From contig NC_068986.1 of assembly GCF_001194135.2 (NCBI RefSeq), forward strand, positions 30,287,091-30,351,090: 64,000 nucleotides of DNA, given 5' to 3'. The notes beneath the pieces were generated by a model. The model saw nothing but the letters and a program-made list of their open reading frames with translations, did no database searches and was not told where the DNA came from. Positions 1 to 12,761 of the stretch are shown here, piece by piece. Position numbers and translations under genes: made by a program. Position 1 is the stretch's first letter. Each line of letters opens with the position of its first letter. Origin of the DNA: Octopus bimaculoides (lineage: Eukaryota).

Positions 1-359
1 TCTGCTTAAGTAATTCTGTAACAGTTTTCTCATATTTCCTTATTCTGGGACTTTGGGAAAATACCTGGAGATTACATCCGTGCTCATTAATCATTGAAAG
101 AGGAGTTTAACTATTCCCAGGACACCCATGATTGAGTTTAGTAGGTTCTGTATATCAGACTTAGATATTAAAAATCACTTTGAGCAAAGTTTTGAAGTTT
201 TTCTCATTTAAATTATTCTACTAGCTTTCTTTTGTTTGATTTTTTTTTTTAACATACCTATCTCCATCTTAGAGTTTAGAGAGGTGGGTAGGCATTTTAC
301 TGAATTGGTTAGAACCCAAAGATGTAAATGAAGTTTACATCTTGTTGTTATATAGCCCA

Positions 360-570
360 AAATCACCCCGGATTGTATAAATAGACCTATAATCTAAGTT
401 GTTCTATCTAAAACTATCCTTCCTGTCTACTTTGCTAACTAAAATATCCTTCCTGTCTACACTCTACTCTTCAATGTACTCCTCTTTTTTAAAGCAGTAG
501 GGTGTGAATTGAGGAAGATTTGGCTGATATTTCTAGCAGGCTACATGATCATATAGAGGCATCTTCATTG
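360..570 (+). repeat. Interspersed family E (older; GATTTGGCTGCTATTTCTAGCAGG motif); other copies at about 2180, 2680, 4830, 20240, 31410, 36500, 61020(-) and 63460(-)
   Basis: Recurrent AGACCTAT...GTGTGA(A)TTGAGG.AGATTTGGCTG.TATTTCTAGCAGG...AGAGG segment. Class not determined. Confidence 0.6.
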
Positions 571-967
571 AATTCCATTGCTAACTCGTTTTTCAGTTAG
601 ATAGACTGAAACAAATATAAAGAGAAAACAATTATGCTTGTGTTGTAGTTGAACTTATAAACCTTAATTGGTTAAACTAATGACATTATAATTAAGGTCA
701 ATCGGTCTGTAGATTTATCTTGTAAATATTTCCACATTGGCAGCAGTTCTCTACCAGTTTTCTTGATTGATTGCATGTTCTTCCACATATTCCTCAACGT
801 TTGATCTGATGTTCACCTTCAGTTCTTTTTGAAAGGTTCAATCAGGTAAACCAAGTTGTTCCTCTTTCTTGTCCTATTCAGGGCCAGCAGTATGCACCAA
901 GCAAACTTAGGTAATCATTAGCAGAAGCAATAAAACCAGCCACCACCACCCCCAATACATACACACA

Positions 968-1125
968 TATTACGCGTGCATTCTGAGTTCAAATTCCACC
1001 AGGGTTGAGTTTTTCTTTCGTTGTTTCAAGGTCAATAAAATAAGCACCAGTTGAGCAGTGGAATTGATGTAATCGACTAAACCCCTCCCCCAAATTTACA
1101 GGCCTTGTTCCAAAATTTGAAATCA
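968..1125 (+). mobile_element. SINE family C, older copy
   Basis: CTGAGTTCAAATTCCACC...AATAAGCACCAGTTGAGCAGTGG...CCAAAATTTGAAA. Confidence 0.7.
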
Positions 1126-1136
1126 GTACTGTTTCT

Positions 1137-1369
1137 TATTTCTTTATTGCCAACAAGGGGCTAAACATAGAGGGGACAAACAAGGACAGACAAAGAGATT
1201 AAGTCGATTACATCGACCCTAGTGCGTAACTGGTACTTAATTTATCAACCCTGAAAGGATGAAAGGCAAAGTCGACCTCAGCAGAATTTGAACTCAGAAC
1301 GTAGCGGCAGACGAAATACTGCTAAGCATTTCGCCTGGTGTGCTAACGTTTCTTCCAGCTCACCGCCTT
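1137..1369 (-). mobile_element. SINE family C, full length with perfect 16-bp TSD
   Basis: AATCAGTACTGTTTCT at 1121-1136 and 1370-1385. Family signature CTGAGTTCAAATTC.GC.GAGGTCGACTTTGCCTTTCATCCTTTC.GGGT.GATAAATTAAGTACCAG. Confidence 0.88.
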
Positions 1370-2787
1370 AATCAGTACTGTTTCTGCATACTAATGAAAT
1401 AGTTGTCGCAGAACATGACCAGCTAATCCCATTCTTCGTTTTATAACTATAAATTAATGCACTGAAGAAAATAAATTTAATCAATTAATAATACATGTGC
1501 AATGAGATAAGCAAGAGCAACAACTCTAGACATGTTTCAGTTTTAATAGGCCTCCTCAGGAAAGTAACCTTCTTACTTACTAGATTACTAATGGTAAGAG
1601 AAATGATTGTATCGATGTAAAATAATGAATATGAGTAGGCGTCAAAAATGTTCATTTAGAGAGGAAAATCAGTAATGAAATAATAACATATTTCATTTGT
1701 TAATGACCAGTTTGATTGCAAATATGTTAGCCATAGAAAAGTCAGAGTGGCTTTCTTTTATTTTATTTTGTGTGTTTGTGTATGTGTGTGTGTGTAGATA
1801 GACATAAAAACCTGTTATAAATCTTGTAGTTTAATCTTTGGTTTGTTTCAAGTGAAAATACTTGTATCAATGCTTTTTACATTGAAAAAGAGGTGTGTGT
1901 ATTTTGGTATGTATGTGGGTGTATGTGTGCATGTGTGTGTGTGTGTGTGTGTGTGCACGTGTGTTCATGCACATGTGTGCCCATACAAATGTGTAGCATA
2001 TGTATGTATGTATGTATGTATGTATGCGTTTCATTTATGATTGACTGACTCAAACCTGATTTTTTCCCTCTCCTGCACACAACTGGAGGGAGGAAGGGGT
2101 AGAGTATCAGATTATATACTGAATGGTCTTAACATTGACCTGTTATGAATGTTTGTGTAAAAATCATAGAATTATTGTTGTTGTTGTTGTTTGCCTTCAC
2201 GTCAACACAGTCAAGCAAAATACTGACAATCGAAAGTGTTCCTTCCATGACCATCCTGTCTTTTTCTCGTCTCTGTATTTGTGACTACATTATCAAATGT
2301 ATCTTTCTCTTCTTCAGGGTAGGGGCATTTCATTTGAGGAAGATTTTGCTATTATTTTCAGCAGGTTGACTGACCACATAGAACCTCTCTTTGTGCTTTG
2401 ATTAATAGCTGCATAAAATCTGAGATGGGGGTGTATGTGTATATGTGAGTGTGTATACATGTGTGTGTGTGCATGTATCATTGTTTAGATCCAGGTCAAG
2501 CAGATCTATGGCCAAAGGCATTCTGTGACCATTCCTCTCTTATTAGGGATTATGCCTTAGGATTATGTTGCTATGTCCTTTTCTTAGAGAGATTTGGCTA
2601 TTATTTCCAGCAGATCATTGACTCATGTGTATGTGTGTGTGTGTGTTGGTTGATTGGTTGGTGTTGCTATTGTTATTTAGCTTCAAATCAGTCTTGACCA
2701 AACAGACCATTGGTCAAACAGACCCGGTGTTTACCACTCTGTTTCTTATTCAGGCACAGTGTATCTAGGTCTACATTATCCAATGTC

Positions 2788-2932
2788 ATCACCGTTGTTT
2801 AACGTCTGCTTTCCATGCTAGCATGGGTTGGACGATTTGACTGAGGACTGGTGAAACCAGATGGCTACACCAGGCTCCAATCTGATTTGGCAGAGTTTCT
2901 ACAGCTGGATGCCCTTCCTAACGCCAACCACT
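2788..2932 (-). mobile_element. SINE/retro family D 3' end, (GAT)n-type tail; other copies at about 9025, 25680, 43590, 45830 and 51695
   Basis: Element orientation: GTGGTTGGCGTTAGGAAGGGCATCCAGCTGTAGAAAC...CCAACCCATGCTAGCATGGAAAGC.GACGTTAAAC + tail. Near-identical to 45835-45945 and 51695-51815. Confidence 0.75.
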
Positions 2933-3757
2933 CAAAAATTCTGAAAGGGTATGATTTTAGAAAGATTTGGCTGCAGTTTCCAGCAAGTCAAGTGAGCACA
3001 AAAGGCTTCCTTTGNNNNNNNNNNNNNNNNNNNNNNNNNNNNNNNNNNNNNNNNNNNNNNNNNNNNNNNNNNNNNNNNNNNNNNNNNNNNNNNNNNNNNN
3101 NNNNNNNNNNNNNNNNNNNNNNNNNNNNNNNNNNNNNNNNNNNNNNNNNNNNNNNNNNNNNNNNNNNNNNNNNNNNNNNNNNNNNNNNNNNNNNNNNNNN
3201 NNNNNNNNNNNNNNNNNNNNNNNNNNNNNNNNNNNNNNNNNNNNNNNNNNNNNNNNNNNNNNNNNNNNNNNNNNNNNNNNNNNNNNNNNNNNNNNNNNNN
3301 NNNNNNNNNNNNNNNNNNNNNNNNNNNNNNNNNNNNNNNNNNNNNNNNNNNNNNNNNNNNNNNNNNNNNNNNNNNNNNNNNNNNNNNNNNNNNNNNNNNN
3401 NNNNNNNNNNNNNNNNNNNNNNNNNNNNNNNNNNNNNNNNNNNNNNNNNNNNNNNNNNNNNNNNNNNNNNNNNNNNNNNNNNNNNNNNNNNNNNNNNNNN
3501 NNNNNNNNNNNNNNNNNNNNNNNNNNNNNNNNNNNNNNNNNNNNNNNNNNNNNNNNNNNNNNNNNNNNNNNNNNNNNNNNNNNNNNNNNNNNNNNNNNNN
3601 NNNNNNNNNNNNNTATATATATGCATATTATATATAAATCAATAACCAAATGCAATGCTCACCCACTCAAAACATTCATTTACCCATAGATTTAAATAAA
3701 CCATTAACATCCATCTTCTCAATGGTTTCAACTTCCTCCTAATTGCAAAATCGACTC

Positions 3758-3803
<46 letters not shown>

Positions 3804-6164
3804 CGCATGCATGCACGTGTGCACACCACTCTGGTATTCTTCTAGTTTTGTGGAAGTAGTTATGCATTCAACATAAAGTAGTCATTGCAAGCAATTTGCA
3901 ATCTTTATCTCACTATGGCTTATTACATTTGTTTAATTTTATTTTGATTAGCTATCTTTCCAAAATGAAACCAACTGCTCCATTCATCAGAACCAAAACA
4001 TGATTTCATATGAAGAAGAAAAAAGAAACAGATTTAAAACATCTTTTTTTTTTCAAGAGAGTAATTTCTTCATTATCTTTTTAACCCTTTGAATTTCAAC
4101 CTATCTCAGACTGTTGTTGGTTTCTCAGCTACAAAACCACATTACATTCTATTCTAAGAATTGTGTTTTTTTTTAATGTTCTGAACACCAACTGAATTGT
4201 ATCAGTTAAATTACAAAAATGAGATATTTTACTAAATTCACCCAAATTCTTTGATTGTTTTCAAAATTAAATTAACCACAAACTAAGTATTGAAGAAACG
4301 TTGCAAAATGCATTTTGTTTGGCATGTTAATAATCCTGCCAGCTCACTGACTTTATATACATGAGAATGAAAAGCAAAATTGATCGTGATAGGATCTGAA
4401 CTCAAAATGTACAGAGCCAAATCCAAAGACTACCACTACAACATTGTCAGCATCAGCATCATCATTGTCATCATCATGATCCTGATTAGGATTTTCTTCT
4501 TTTTCTTTTTCTACTTCTTCTTTTTCTTCTTCTTCTTCTCTTCATCCTCCTCCTCCTCCACCTCCCCTTTTACAGTTTCATAGTTTCGAGTTTAGATGGA
4601 TCAGCAGAAACAAAATATTGCTAAACATCTCAATCCTCATTNNNNNNNNNNCAGCAGAAACAAAATATTGCTAAACATCTCAATCCTCATTTGTGGTCAA
4701 ATCTTAATCACAACTTCCTTCTTCCTATGAATTCTTTGTTTTTTTTTTGGGGGGGGGGGGGTAGTTTAAATCAAGTACACCACCTTTTATCTTCCAGAAA
4801 GATTAATAGAAAAAAATACTAACAAATGTCATGTTGTTTACCTCCAGACTGAGCAGACCTATGAGCATAGGAATTCTAAGACCCATTTTCCCCATTTTAT
4901 TTATTTATCTATTTATGTATTTATTTATTTTTTTAAATTTTTGTTAAACAGTAGGATCTGATTTAAGGGAGATTTAGCCTCTAATTTTGGTATGTTGAGT
5001 GACTAAGAACAGCAGGACTGGAGATCCTGTTTTAGTACCTGGGGTGAATTGTAAGTGCATGAGGAGCTTTGTAAATACACCTGTGCTGATAAAAATAATA
5101 AATTTTTAATTTCACAAATTCATAGGTATGCAACTGATATTAAATTACCGCTTTGGTCTTAAGGCTTAAACCATTTTTATCATACAGGGTTTTTACAGAC
5201 ATCCCCAGCAGGTAAATAAAATCTTGCCCACAGGTAAGGGGTTCTCCAACTGTGACTGAGGCTTTATTGTTGGTTTGAAATGGCAAAAGTAATATACTAA
5301 GATAAAACGAAATATAAAAATGTCTCTGGTGACTAAGAAAGTACTTGTTTTATTATTTTAACATAGTTTTGACTAACATATGGAAGGGTAGTAGGACTTG
5401 ATGCAGATAGTAGTTCATAGGACTAGATGAGCTGCACACCTACCCTTCCTCGTCTTTGAGTCCTCAACCCCTGGTGGTATTGTAAGGGTGCCATCATGAT
5501 AGACAATATGTCTTGGGTATTTCAAACCTGCTGGACTTCATCCCTGGCCAAGTCTGAGCAGAGTTGATTTTTTTCCACAAACAGAGGGGAGAAGGAGAGA
5601 GAGAGAGAGAGAGAGAGAGANNNNNNNNNNNNNNNNNNNNNNNNNNNNNNNNNNNNNNNNNNNNNNNNNNNGACAGACAGAGACAGACAGACAGACAGAC
5701 AGAGGAAGAATTGACTCCAGTGTTGGACTGGTATTTTATTTTTCAGCCCCAAAAGGCACGACATTCCATCAAATGCTCTGATGACTCTATCAATTTGCCT
5801 ATTGTGCACTATGAGTCCGATGACTACAATTTATGTTCAAATCTCATGAGTGCTAACTTTGCTGTTTACTCCCCAGGAACATATTAGGGTGAATCCAGGT
5901 ATTTTCACCATTCCTCTAGTCTTATACCCAGTCAAAAATAGCAACAACGTTTAATAAATAATACATTTTTTTAATGAAGTTTGGTAGAAACTTACTTGAT
6001 TTTTAACATGTTGGATATTAATGCAAAGAGGACAGTTATATTGTCAATGGTTTGTATAAATTGACCATCTACATACCTCCCTATTTATCTATTGACTGAT
6101 CCTTCACCCATTCAAAGAAAATCACCCACACACCCAGCCAGCTGTTCATTCAGTTTGATCCATC

Positions 6165-6222
6165 CATCCATCTATCTATCTATCTATCTATCTATCTGTC
6201 TCTCTCTCTCTCTATCTATCTA

Positions 6223-6262
<40 letters not shown>

Positions 6263-6290
6263 CCTATATATCTATCTATCTATCTATCTA
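6165..6290. repeat. (TCTA)n/(TCTG)n/(TC)n compound microsatellite
   Basis: Seen directly. Confidence 0.95.
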
Positions 6291-6973
6291 GTTTGTTAGC
6301 GTATCTGTCTGCTTGCCTAGGTATGTAGGTGGGTTTGGGCATCTTTCTGTGTCTCTGTCAGTCAGTTTACCCGATCATCCTGTTCAATTATTTGATAAAC
6401 TACAATCGCTTAGTCAACTGAACTAGGTTGCAGGAAAAGGAAATGTTTGTTGAGACACTTACTCAATAACTGACCAATAATCAACTAGAATGCATTTGTG
6501 TATGTGTGTGTGAGAGAGATAGAGAGAGAGAGATAGAGAGAGAGAGATAGAGAGAGAGGGGGGTGACTGTGATGTAATTGTATGCATGTGTAAGACTATA
6601 AATAACAACCTATTTATTTGTCTGAGGCTATGTCATGCTTAATAACAAGTGCTACTTGGAGTTGTGAACTTGAAACGGTTAACCTCTATTTTTACTGCTC
6701 TTTATTTGCCATCAGTTCAGCAAAATACATCACAAACTCATCCATGCTGCACTATCAACATTTGTATTTTCAAATGTTTATGATTTAAATAATAGTTTTG
6801 ATACTAGCATTTAATGGTCCATAAATAGATGACTTACCAATTTTTTTTCTTTTTTAATGAGTTAAACATGTAATTAGACAGGTAAAGAACTTATATGTAA
6901 GATTTCACGTCCCAAACAAGATAACCACATCTGAAAACAGCTTGATTCAGGTCTCTGTTTATAGCTATATATC

Positions 6974-7116
6974 TAGCAGTTCAGCAAAAGAGACCGATAG
7001 AATAAGTACTAGGCTTACAAAGAATAAGTCCTGGAGTCGATTTGATTCGACTAAAGGTGGTGCTCCAGCATGGCCGCAGTCAAATGACTGAAACAAGTAA
7101 AAGAGTAAAAAGAGAA
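6974..7116 (+). mobile_element. SINE family A, 3' half
   Basis: CAAAAGAGACCGATAGAATAAGTACTAGG...GAAACAAGTAAAAGAGTAAAA. Confidence 0.8.
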
Positions 7117-7814
7117 TGAACTAGCAGACATGTAGAATCAATAAACATATTGAAGGTTGGTCCTGTTCTGCCAACCGTTTCTGTTACTGGGTAGCTACAA
7201 ATAACAGAATAAAGAAACCCTTTACATAAACCAAAGGCACCAAATTTCATTGATGTTGGTTTTGCTGCTGCTGCTGCTGCTGATGTAACAGTTGTAATGC
7301 TCTGCTCTCATTGAAGTTAAGAGTTACTGTTATTTTAAATGGTTTAACTGTTGTTACAATATATATATATATANNNNNNNNNNNNNNNNNNNNNNNNNNN
7401 NNNNNNNNNNNNNNNNNNNNNNNNNNNNNNNNNNNNNNNNNNNNNNNNNNNNNNNNNNNNNNNNNNNNNNNNNNNNNNNNNNNNNNNNNNNNNNNNNNNN
7501 NNNNNNNNNNNNNNNNNNNNNNNNNNNNNNNNNNNNNNNNNNNNNNNNNNNNNNNNNNNNNNNNNNNNNNNNNNNNNNNNNNNNNNNNNNNNNNNNNNNN
7601 NNNNNNNNNNNNNNNNNNNNNNNNNNNNNNNNNNNNNNNNNNNNNNNNNNNNNNNNNNNNTCTCTCTCTCTCTCTCTCTCTCAACAGATTGTGGCTTTTC
7701 ATATTGTTTATTCACTTATTTATTTCTATACACCACTCAACACCACAAACACTAGTATTAAACAAGAATAACAATTGTTCCTTTGTTTGTTCTTCATTTT
7801 TGATGGCAATTGTT

Positions 7815-7980
7815 TTATTATTATTATTATTATCATCATTATTATTATTATTATTATAATTATTATTATTATGATTATTATTATTATTTTATTTATGTAC
7901 ACATGTTTGCTTGCTGCTTTCTCATATTTTTTCTTCTTCTTCTTCTTCGTCTTCTTCTTCTTTACTTTCTTCTTCTTCCA
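7815..7980. repeat. (ATT)n and (CTT)n microsatellites; similar runs at about 4440-4570 and 12120-12195
   Basis: Seen directly; these generate the spurious poly-Ile/Tyr/Phe ORFs. Confidence 0.95.
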
Positions 7981-8080
7981 TCTGCTTATAAAATAAAAGT
8001 AAATTGAGAAAGATTCACAACATGATCTATTTATAATTATATCCTTTACAGCTGTTGTGTACCCTGTACAAAAGTTTACC

Positions 8081-8111
<31 letters not shown>

Positions 8112-9167
8112 TCGTGCACATACTTGCACCTCTGCCTTTACCAGCCACCACCTCCCTGCAGGGGTGATAAGAAGAGAATGACTTCTGACTATTACTTTCC
8201 CTTCATCGCCCTCTTCCCCAGTCATTCCTACCTTATCTTGCATACCATTAATGTATGCTAATTACCTGCAACTTCATGAAAAGCAATTTTTTTTTCTCCC
8301 CATTTATGCAGTCCTATCTTTCCTTCATTTTTTTTTAATAAAAAAAAATTTAATCATAGCTTCAATTTTATATATCTAACACAGCATTACAAATATGAGG
8401 GCTTCTCATAATTTCTCCTGTTAATACATCACACTTCTCTACACATACATTTCTTCCTCTTTTGTTCTTCTCATATCTATTCTCTACTTTTCCTTTTACT
8501 TCTGTCTCAACTTTTATTTCAGTTTTCCTCTTTTTTATCTGCTCTTTTTTTTATATTCTTTTCCCCATTTTCTTGTATTTTTCATCATTTTTCTTCCTCC
8601 ATTTTTTTTTTGTTATTCTTCTACTTATTTTGATTATAATTCTAATCAATTTTTCTCTTCTTTTCCTCTCTCTCCAACTATCTAAGCTTTATTTATGGGA
8701 GACTAATGCTGTTGCACAAAATAATCTATTTAAAAAGCAAAGAATTTCTCAAAAAATATTCCTAGAAATTCACAAGAATATCAATCAACCTAATTTCACA
8801 ATTCTATGAAAAAAAAAATTTTATGTTTTTTTTTTTATATTTCTATATTTTTTATTTTTATTTATTTATTCTTTGGAAAACAACCACCACAGCCACTGAT
8901 TATCAGCAAAATATATAATTCTGATATTTGTTATGAAGTGTTATTCTCACCATAATATTGTTGAGTTAAGATGCCCTGAGAAATAAATCGGATTTTACAT
9001 GGAAACAGTCCGACATAAGTATTCTTATCATCATCATCATTTAATGCCCGTTTTCCATGCTGGCATGGGTTGGGTGATTTGACAGGAGCTGGCTCTTGTC
9101 ATCTGTTTTGGCATAGTTTCTACAGATGGATGCCCTGCCTAACACCAACCACTTTACAGAGTGTACT

Positions 9168-9297
9168 GGGTGCTTTTTACATGGTGCTGGCATGGGCGCC
9201 TTTTATGTGGCCCCAGCACAGTTGCTATTTATGTGGCATCAGCAAGGGTGCTATTTACAAGGCGCTAGCACAGGTGCCTTTTATATGGTGCCATCAC
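9168..9297 (+). repeat. Five diverged 26-bp tandem units
   Basis: Units start at 9168, 9194, 9220, 9246 and 9272; consensus about GGGTGCTWTTTAYRTGGYRCYAGCAC; no spacers. Confidence 0.8.
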
Positions 9298-9429
9298 TTA
9301 TGGGATCACCAAGTAGCTTGCAAGACAAGGACACACAATAATATAAACGTGGTGAAACATTTTGTTATACTACCTCATTCATATTCCCAGTCTAATAGAT
9401 GTGTATGTGTGTGTGTGTGTGTGTGTGTG

Positions 9430-9916
9430 ATTTTCTTTTGTTTTTCCTGACAAATTGACCTTTCTTCACCATATAAGACTGATATCTGATGTCTTCGTGG
9501 ACAACATTTCTGACTGTTCCTTTTGACACATGGAGATCTTTTGCAATTAACTTCATGGGCTTTCTGGGATTGTAATCAATGGTTTGTTGAACTTGCTGGA
9601 TAAATTCAAGTGTTCTGATGATTTCAGAGTGTTTAGAATGCTTTTTATGCTTTGGTACTGGTGATACATTTCTATCTTCAGTCTCAAGCTCCTTGCAAAC
9701 TTTGTAGACGAAAGATCTGGCAACTTTTAAAAATTGACATATTTCTAAATCACCATGCTCAGCTTTTATAATCACAATAACAGCATACTTCTTCCTTTCT
9801 TGGGTAAGCTGAGGGTCTGCCATTATTATTTTCTGAAACAAAGATTATACAGAGTTAGCAAAAAATGCACCAATGACCCATAAAGGGTATGTCCTCAAAT
9901 ACCTAAACACACCCTG
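9430..9916 (-). mobile_element. Tc1/mariner (maT/DD37D-like) element, 5' fragment with transposase N-terminal HTH region
   Basis: Minus-strand end TA|CAGGGTGTG at 9916. ORF from ATG 9823 reads MADPQLTQERKKYAVIV...ICQFLKVARSFVYKV...IRTLEFIQQVQQTIDYNPRKPMKLIAKDLHVSKGTVRNVVHEDIRYQSY...KGQF. It is cut by a (GT)n microsatellite before the catalytic domain. Confidence 0.8.
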
Positions 9917-9943
9917 TATATGTGTGTGTATATATATATACAT

Positions 9944-10011
<68 letters not shown>

Positions 10012-10106
10012 ATGTATGCATGTATTTATATATATATATATATATATATACACATGAAATGAAATGAAATGAAACATAAATACATATATTCATATATATG
10101 TGTGTG

Positions 10107-10140
<34 letters not shown>

Positions 10141-10150
10141 AACATACACA

Positions 10151-10186
<36 letters not shown>

Positions 10187-10200
10187 AATTTATATATTCT
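9917..10200. repeat. (TA)n/(CA)n compound microsatellite; others at about 1900-2030, 3760, 14665, 17000, 44590 and 48735
   Basis: Seen directly. Confidence 0.95.
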
Positions 10201-10789
10201 TCCTTTTTTTCTTTCATTTGAAACTGAGACTTTATCATCATTTTGAATTCCTTACATGTTTTGCAAATTCAATTACAAGGTATAAACAGAGAAACTTCGG
10301 CTAGTAATCGAATGAAACCTGACTTTCAAAGAAACTACACCTTGAGTATTTTTCTTCTTGTTTGTACAGCCAAAAATACACAAATTACATTAAGACTTGC
10401 AACCTTATATAGACTTCCATCTGTCAAGATAGTTAATGTAATGCACTTATACAATGCAGCCCTCTTTAGATAAGACCCAATATTGTCTTGTTATTAAATA
10501 CCCTTCTCAGCCATATCAGTGTAGTGCAATGAGGTCCACTGCAAAATAGTTAGCAACAAGATGATGCAAATACTATGCAGTGTAACAATATACAACTAAT
10601 ACCCTATGGATTAAAATTGAGGTTTTCATCTTCTTTTGTCTATGCATTCACTCAGTATTATCTTTCATACAAACTGCAATATTTATGAATATAATCTGTA
10701 ACTCTCTTATGTAGAAAGTGTATTAAATTAGATAAAATAAATGCTTTATTTATGGACTTATGGATCATAATAGACTCATAATTAGGCCA

Positions 10790-11500
10790 ACATTATTTGA
10801 AAGATTTTAGACAAAGCGTCTGGGGTTAATAGAATAATCAACAAAGGATCAAAGTTTTTAGCTAACAAGAGAGAATATAAAACTTTGCTGCCATCAAGGA
10901 AGTGGCATGTTTGCTATAGAGAAAACAATTAGATAAGAACTCTGTATTGTGTACCAAATGTAAACAATGGCTGTACAAAAGATGCTGTGGGGTCTCAAAC
11001 TGGTTGACAAAGAAGTATTAGATAACAGAAGGTTAGCATTGAAAGCACCCATAAAATGTGATTTTTCAACACTCCAGAAGGCTCACCAGAAGTAACTGAT
11101 AGCTTCTGTCACCTAGATTCTCCTTACTGGCAGGAGAGACAAGGTGGATGCTGTGGAAGCATAGTAATCAGAACAAGATGGAAAAGTTCAGAGTGGAGTT
11201 AGTAACAAGGTGTTTCGCTTTATGAGTGAAGGATAGTTTAATTTGTGTGCTTTATGTGATGCTGCAAGACTCGAGAACAGAATGCAAAGGATGTGTGAAA
11301 GCTGGAAGGAGAAATAAGATGACTAGACTCCACTGGATGTGTGATGTCAGCATGCATAAGCAATGGAACACTGGTGAGTTTGCTATAAACTCTACAGGGA
11401 TGACCATTTTGGAGCCACCAGCAAATGAACCTGCTTGAGATACATGCAAAATGATGAAACCGTCTAGCATCCAGTCTTTCAGTGACTGCGCATTGCTGAT
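10790..11500 (+). mobile_element. Degraded RTE-type LINE, ORF2 C-terminal region
   Basis: Interrupted frames give NSVLCTKCKQWLYKRCCGV, GGCCGSIVIRTRW and RRNKMTRLHWMCDV, which resemble the Cys-rich and post-RT segments of RTE-clade ORF2. Confidence 0.55.
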
Positions 11501-11769
11501 TTGGCAAAGGAATGTACCTCATGAGGGTCAGATCTGGCTATCAGTAGCTGCCATGGCAAAAATTCCTTTAGCAAGGAAAAGTGAGGAGTCTTCCTATGCT
11601 TGTTGGTTATGGCTGAATAGTTTAAGGATAGAGCTTTACTTCTGAAGTCAAACTTTCATAAACTTCTTTAAATAACACTTAATAAGGAAGGTAGGAGCAA
11701 TTAGGAAGATGTTGGTTCCAGTAAATTTTATGAAAGGTGTATAAGAGCAGTCTTATACTTAAAAGACCT

Positions 11770-11906
11770 CCAGTCTTTTAAGTCTAATGTACATTACCAC
11801 CTACTGACTTCTGTCTAGCATCCATTTTATTCTAGTAGCTCTTACGTTTTCAGTGGTCCAAAGACCTTGTAACGAGTGAATGCTTTAAAAAAAAAGAGAA
11901 AAAAAA
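11770..11906 (+). mobile_element. Second, shorter copy of the same LINE 3' end
   Basis: Near-identical to 38190-38326 (…GTCTAGCATCCATTTTATTC…CAGTGGTCCAA.GACCTTGTAACGAGTGAATGCTTTAA + A tail). Confidence 0.75.
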
Positions 11907-12127
11907 TGTCAGAATTGTTAGCACATAAGACAAACTGCTCAGTGTCATTTCTTCCAGTTTTTTATGCCCTGAGTTCAAATACCACTGAGGTCAACTTTGC
12001 CTTTTTTTCTTTTCGGGCGCAGATAAAATTAAGTACCAGTGCAGTACTGGGTTCAATACAATCAACATAACCTCCTCCCCTAAAATTGTTGGTCTAGTGC
12101 CAAAATTTGAAACCATTTTTATTATTA

Positions 12128-12179
<52 letters not shown>

Positions 12180-12761
12180 CATTATTATTATTACATAAAC
12201 AAAAGTCAATGCTTCAAACCTAACATTTACATATGACAGTAATAATTCATTATCTAAACATTGATAACTATATTTTTAATGCTTACTTATAAAATGTGCA
12301 CACATACACACATAAGCAGATGCATGTATATGTTAAGGAACAGGGTTGGAGAGAGAGGAAGCAAGAGAAAGAGAGAGGGTGTGGAGAAGGAAGTGGAATA
12401 TTTGGAAAACAGGATATAAAAAAAAGCATAAAAGAACTTGGAAATAAGACAATGCAGTAACGATTTCCCTTCCTGAATACGTCTGCTGATGAAGAAGTTG
12501 TAGTAAAACATAAAAACAAGGAGGAGTGAGAAGCATTAGCGATAATACATTTGAATATGTAACATATATAATAAATAAATAAATTCATTTGCCATTATAT
12601 TAAAAGTAATATTCAATCTCTTATTTATGATGAACACGCTGCACCTAGAAATGGTTTGTTTGGAGAAATTGTGTAAAATAAAGCTACTTGAAATTTGTAA
12701 AATTATCAGCAACATTGCTCGTGTATATATAGATATATAAATCATCGGTAGTTCTTATATA

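Noticed and set aside
700-900. Minus-strand coding-like stretch (…FQKELKVNIRSNVEEYVEEHAINQENW…), and similar ones at about 12420-12540 and 15900-16130
   Set aside because: They contain several in-frame stops, have no recognisable domain and have weak splice sites. They are probably decayed TE sequence but cannot be assigned.
4602-4691. 40-bp direct repeat around a 10-N gap
   Set aside because: Identical sequence on both sides of a minimal gap is the signature of unmerged overlapping contig ends, so it is an assembly artefact.
9168-9297. CRISPR-like repeat array
   Set aside because: The units abut with no unique spacers, the context is eukaryotic and there are no cas genes. It is a tandem repeat inside a retro-element.
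1843-10241. Cys/Val, His/Thr, Ile/Tyr-rich ORFs
   Set aside because: These are translations of (GT)n, (TA)n, (ATT)n and (TCTA)n microsatellites.
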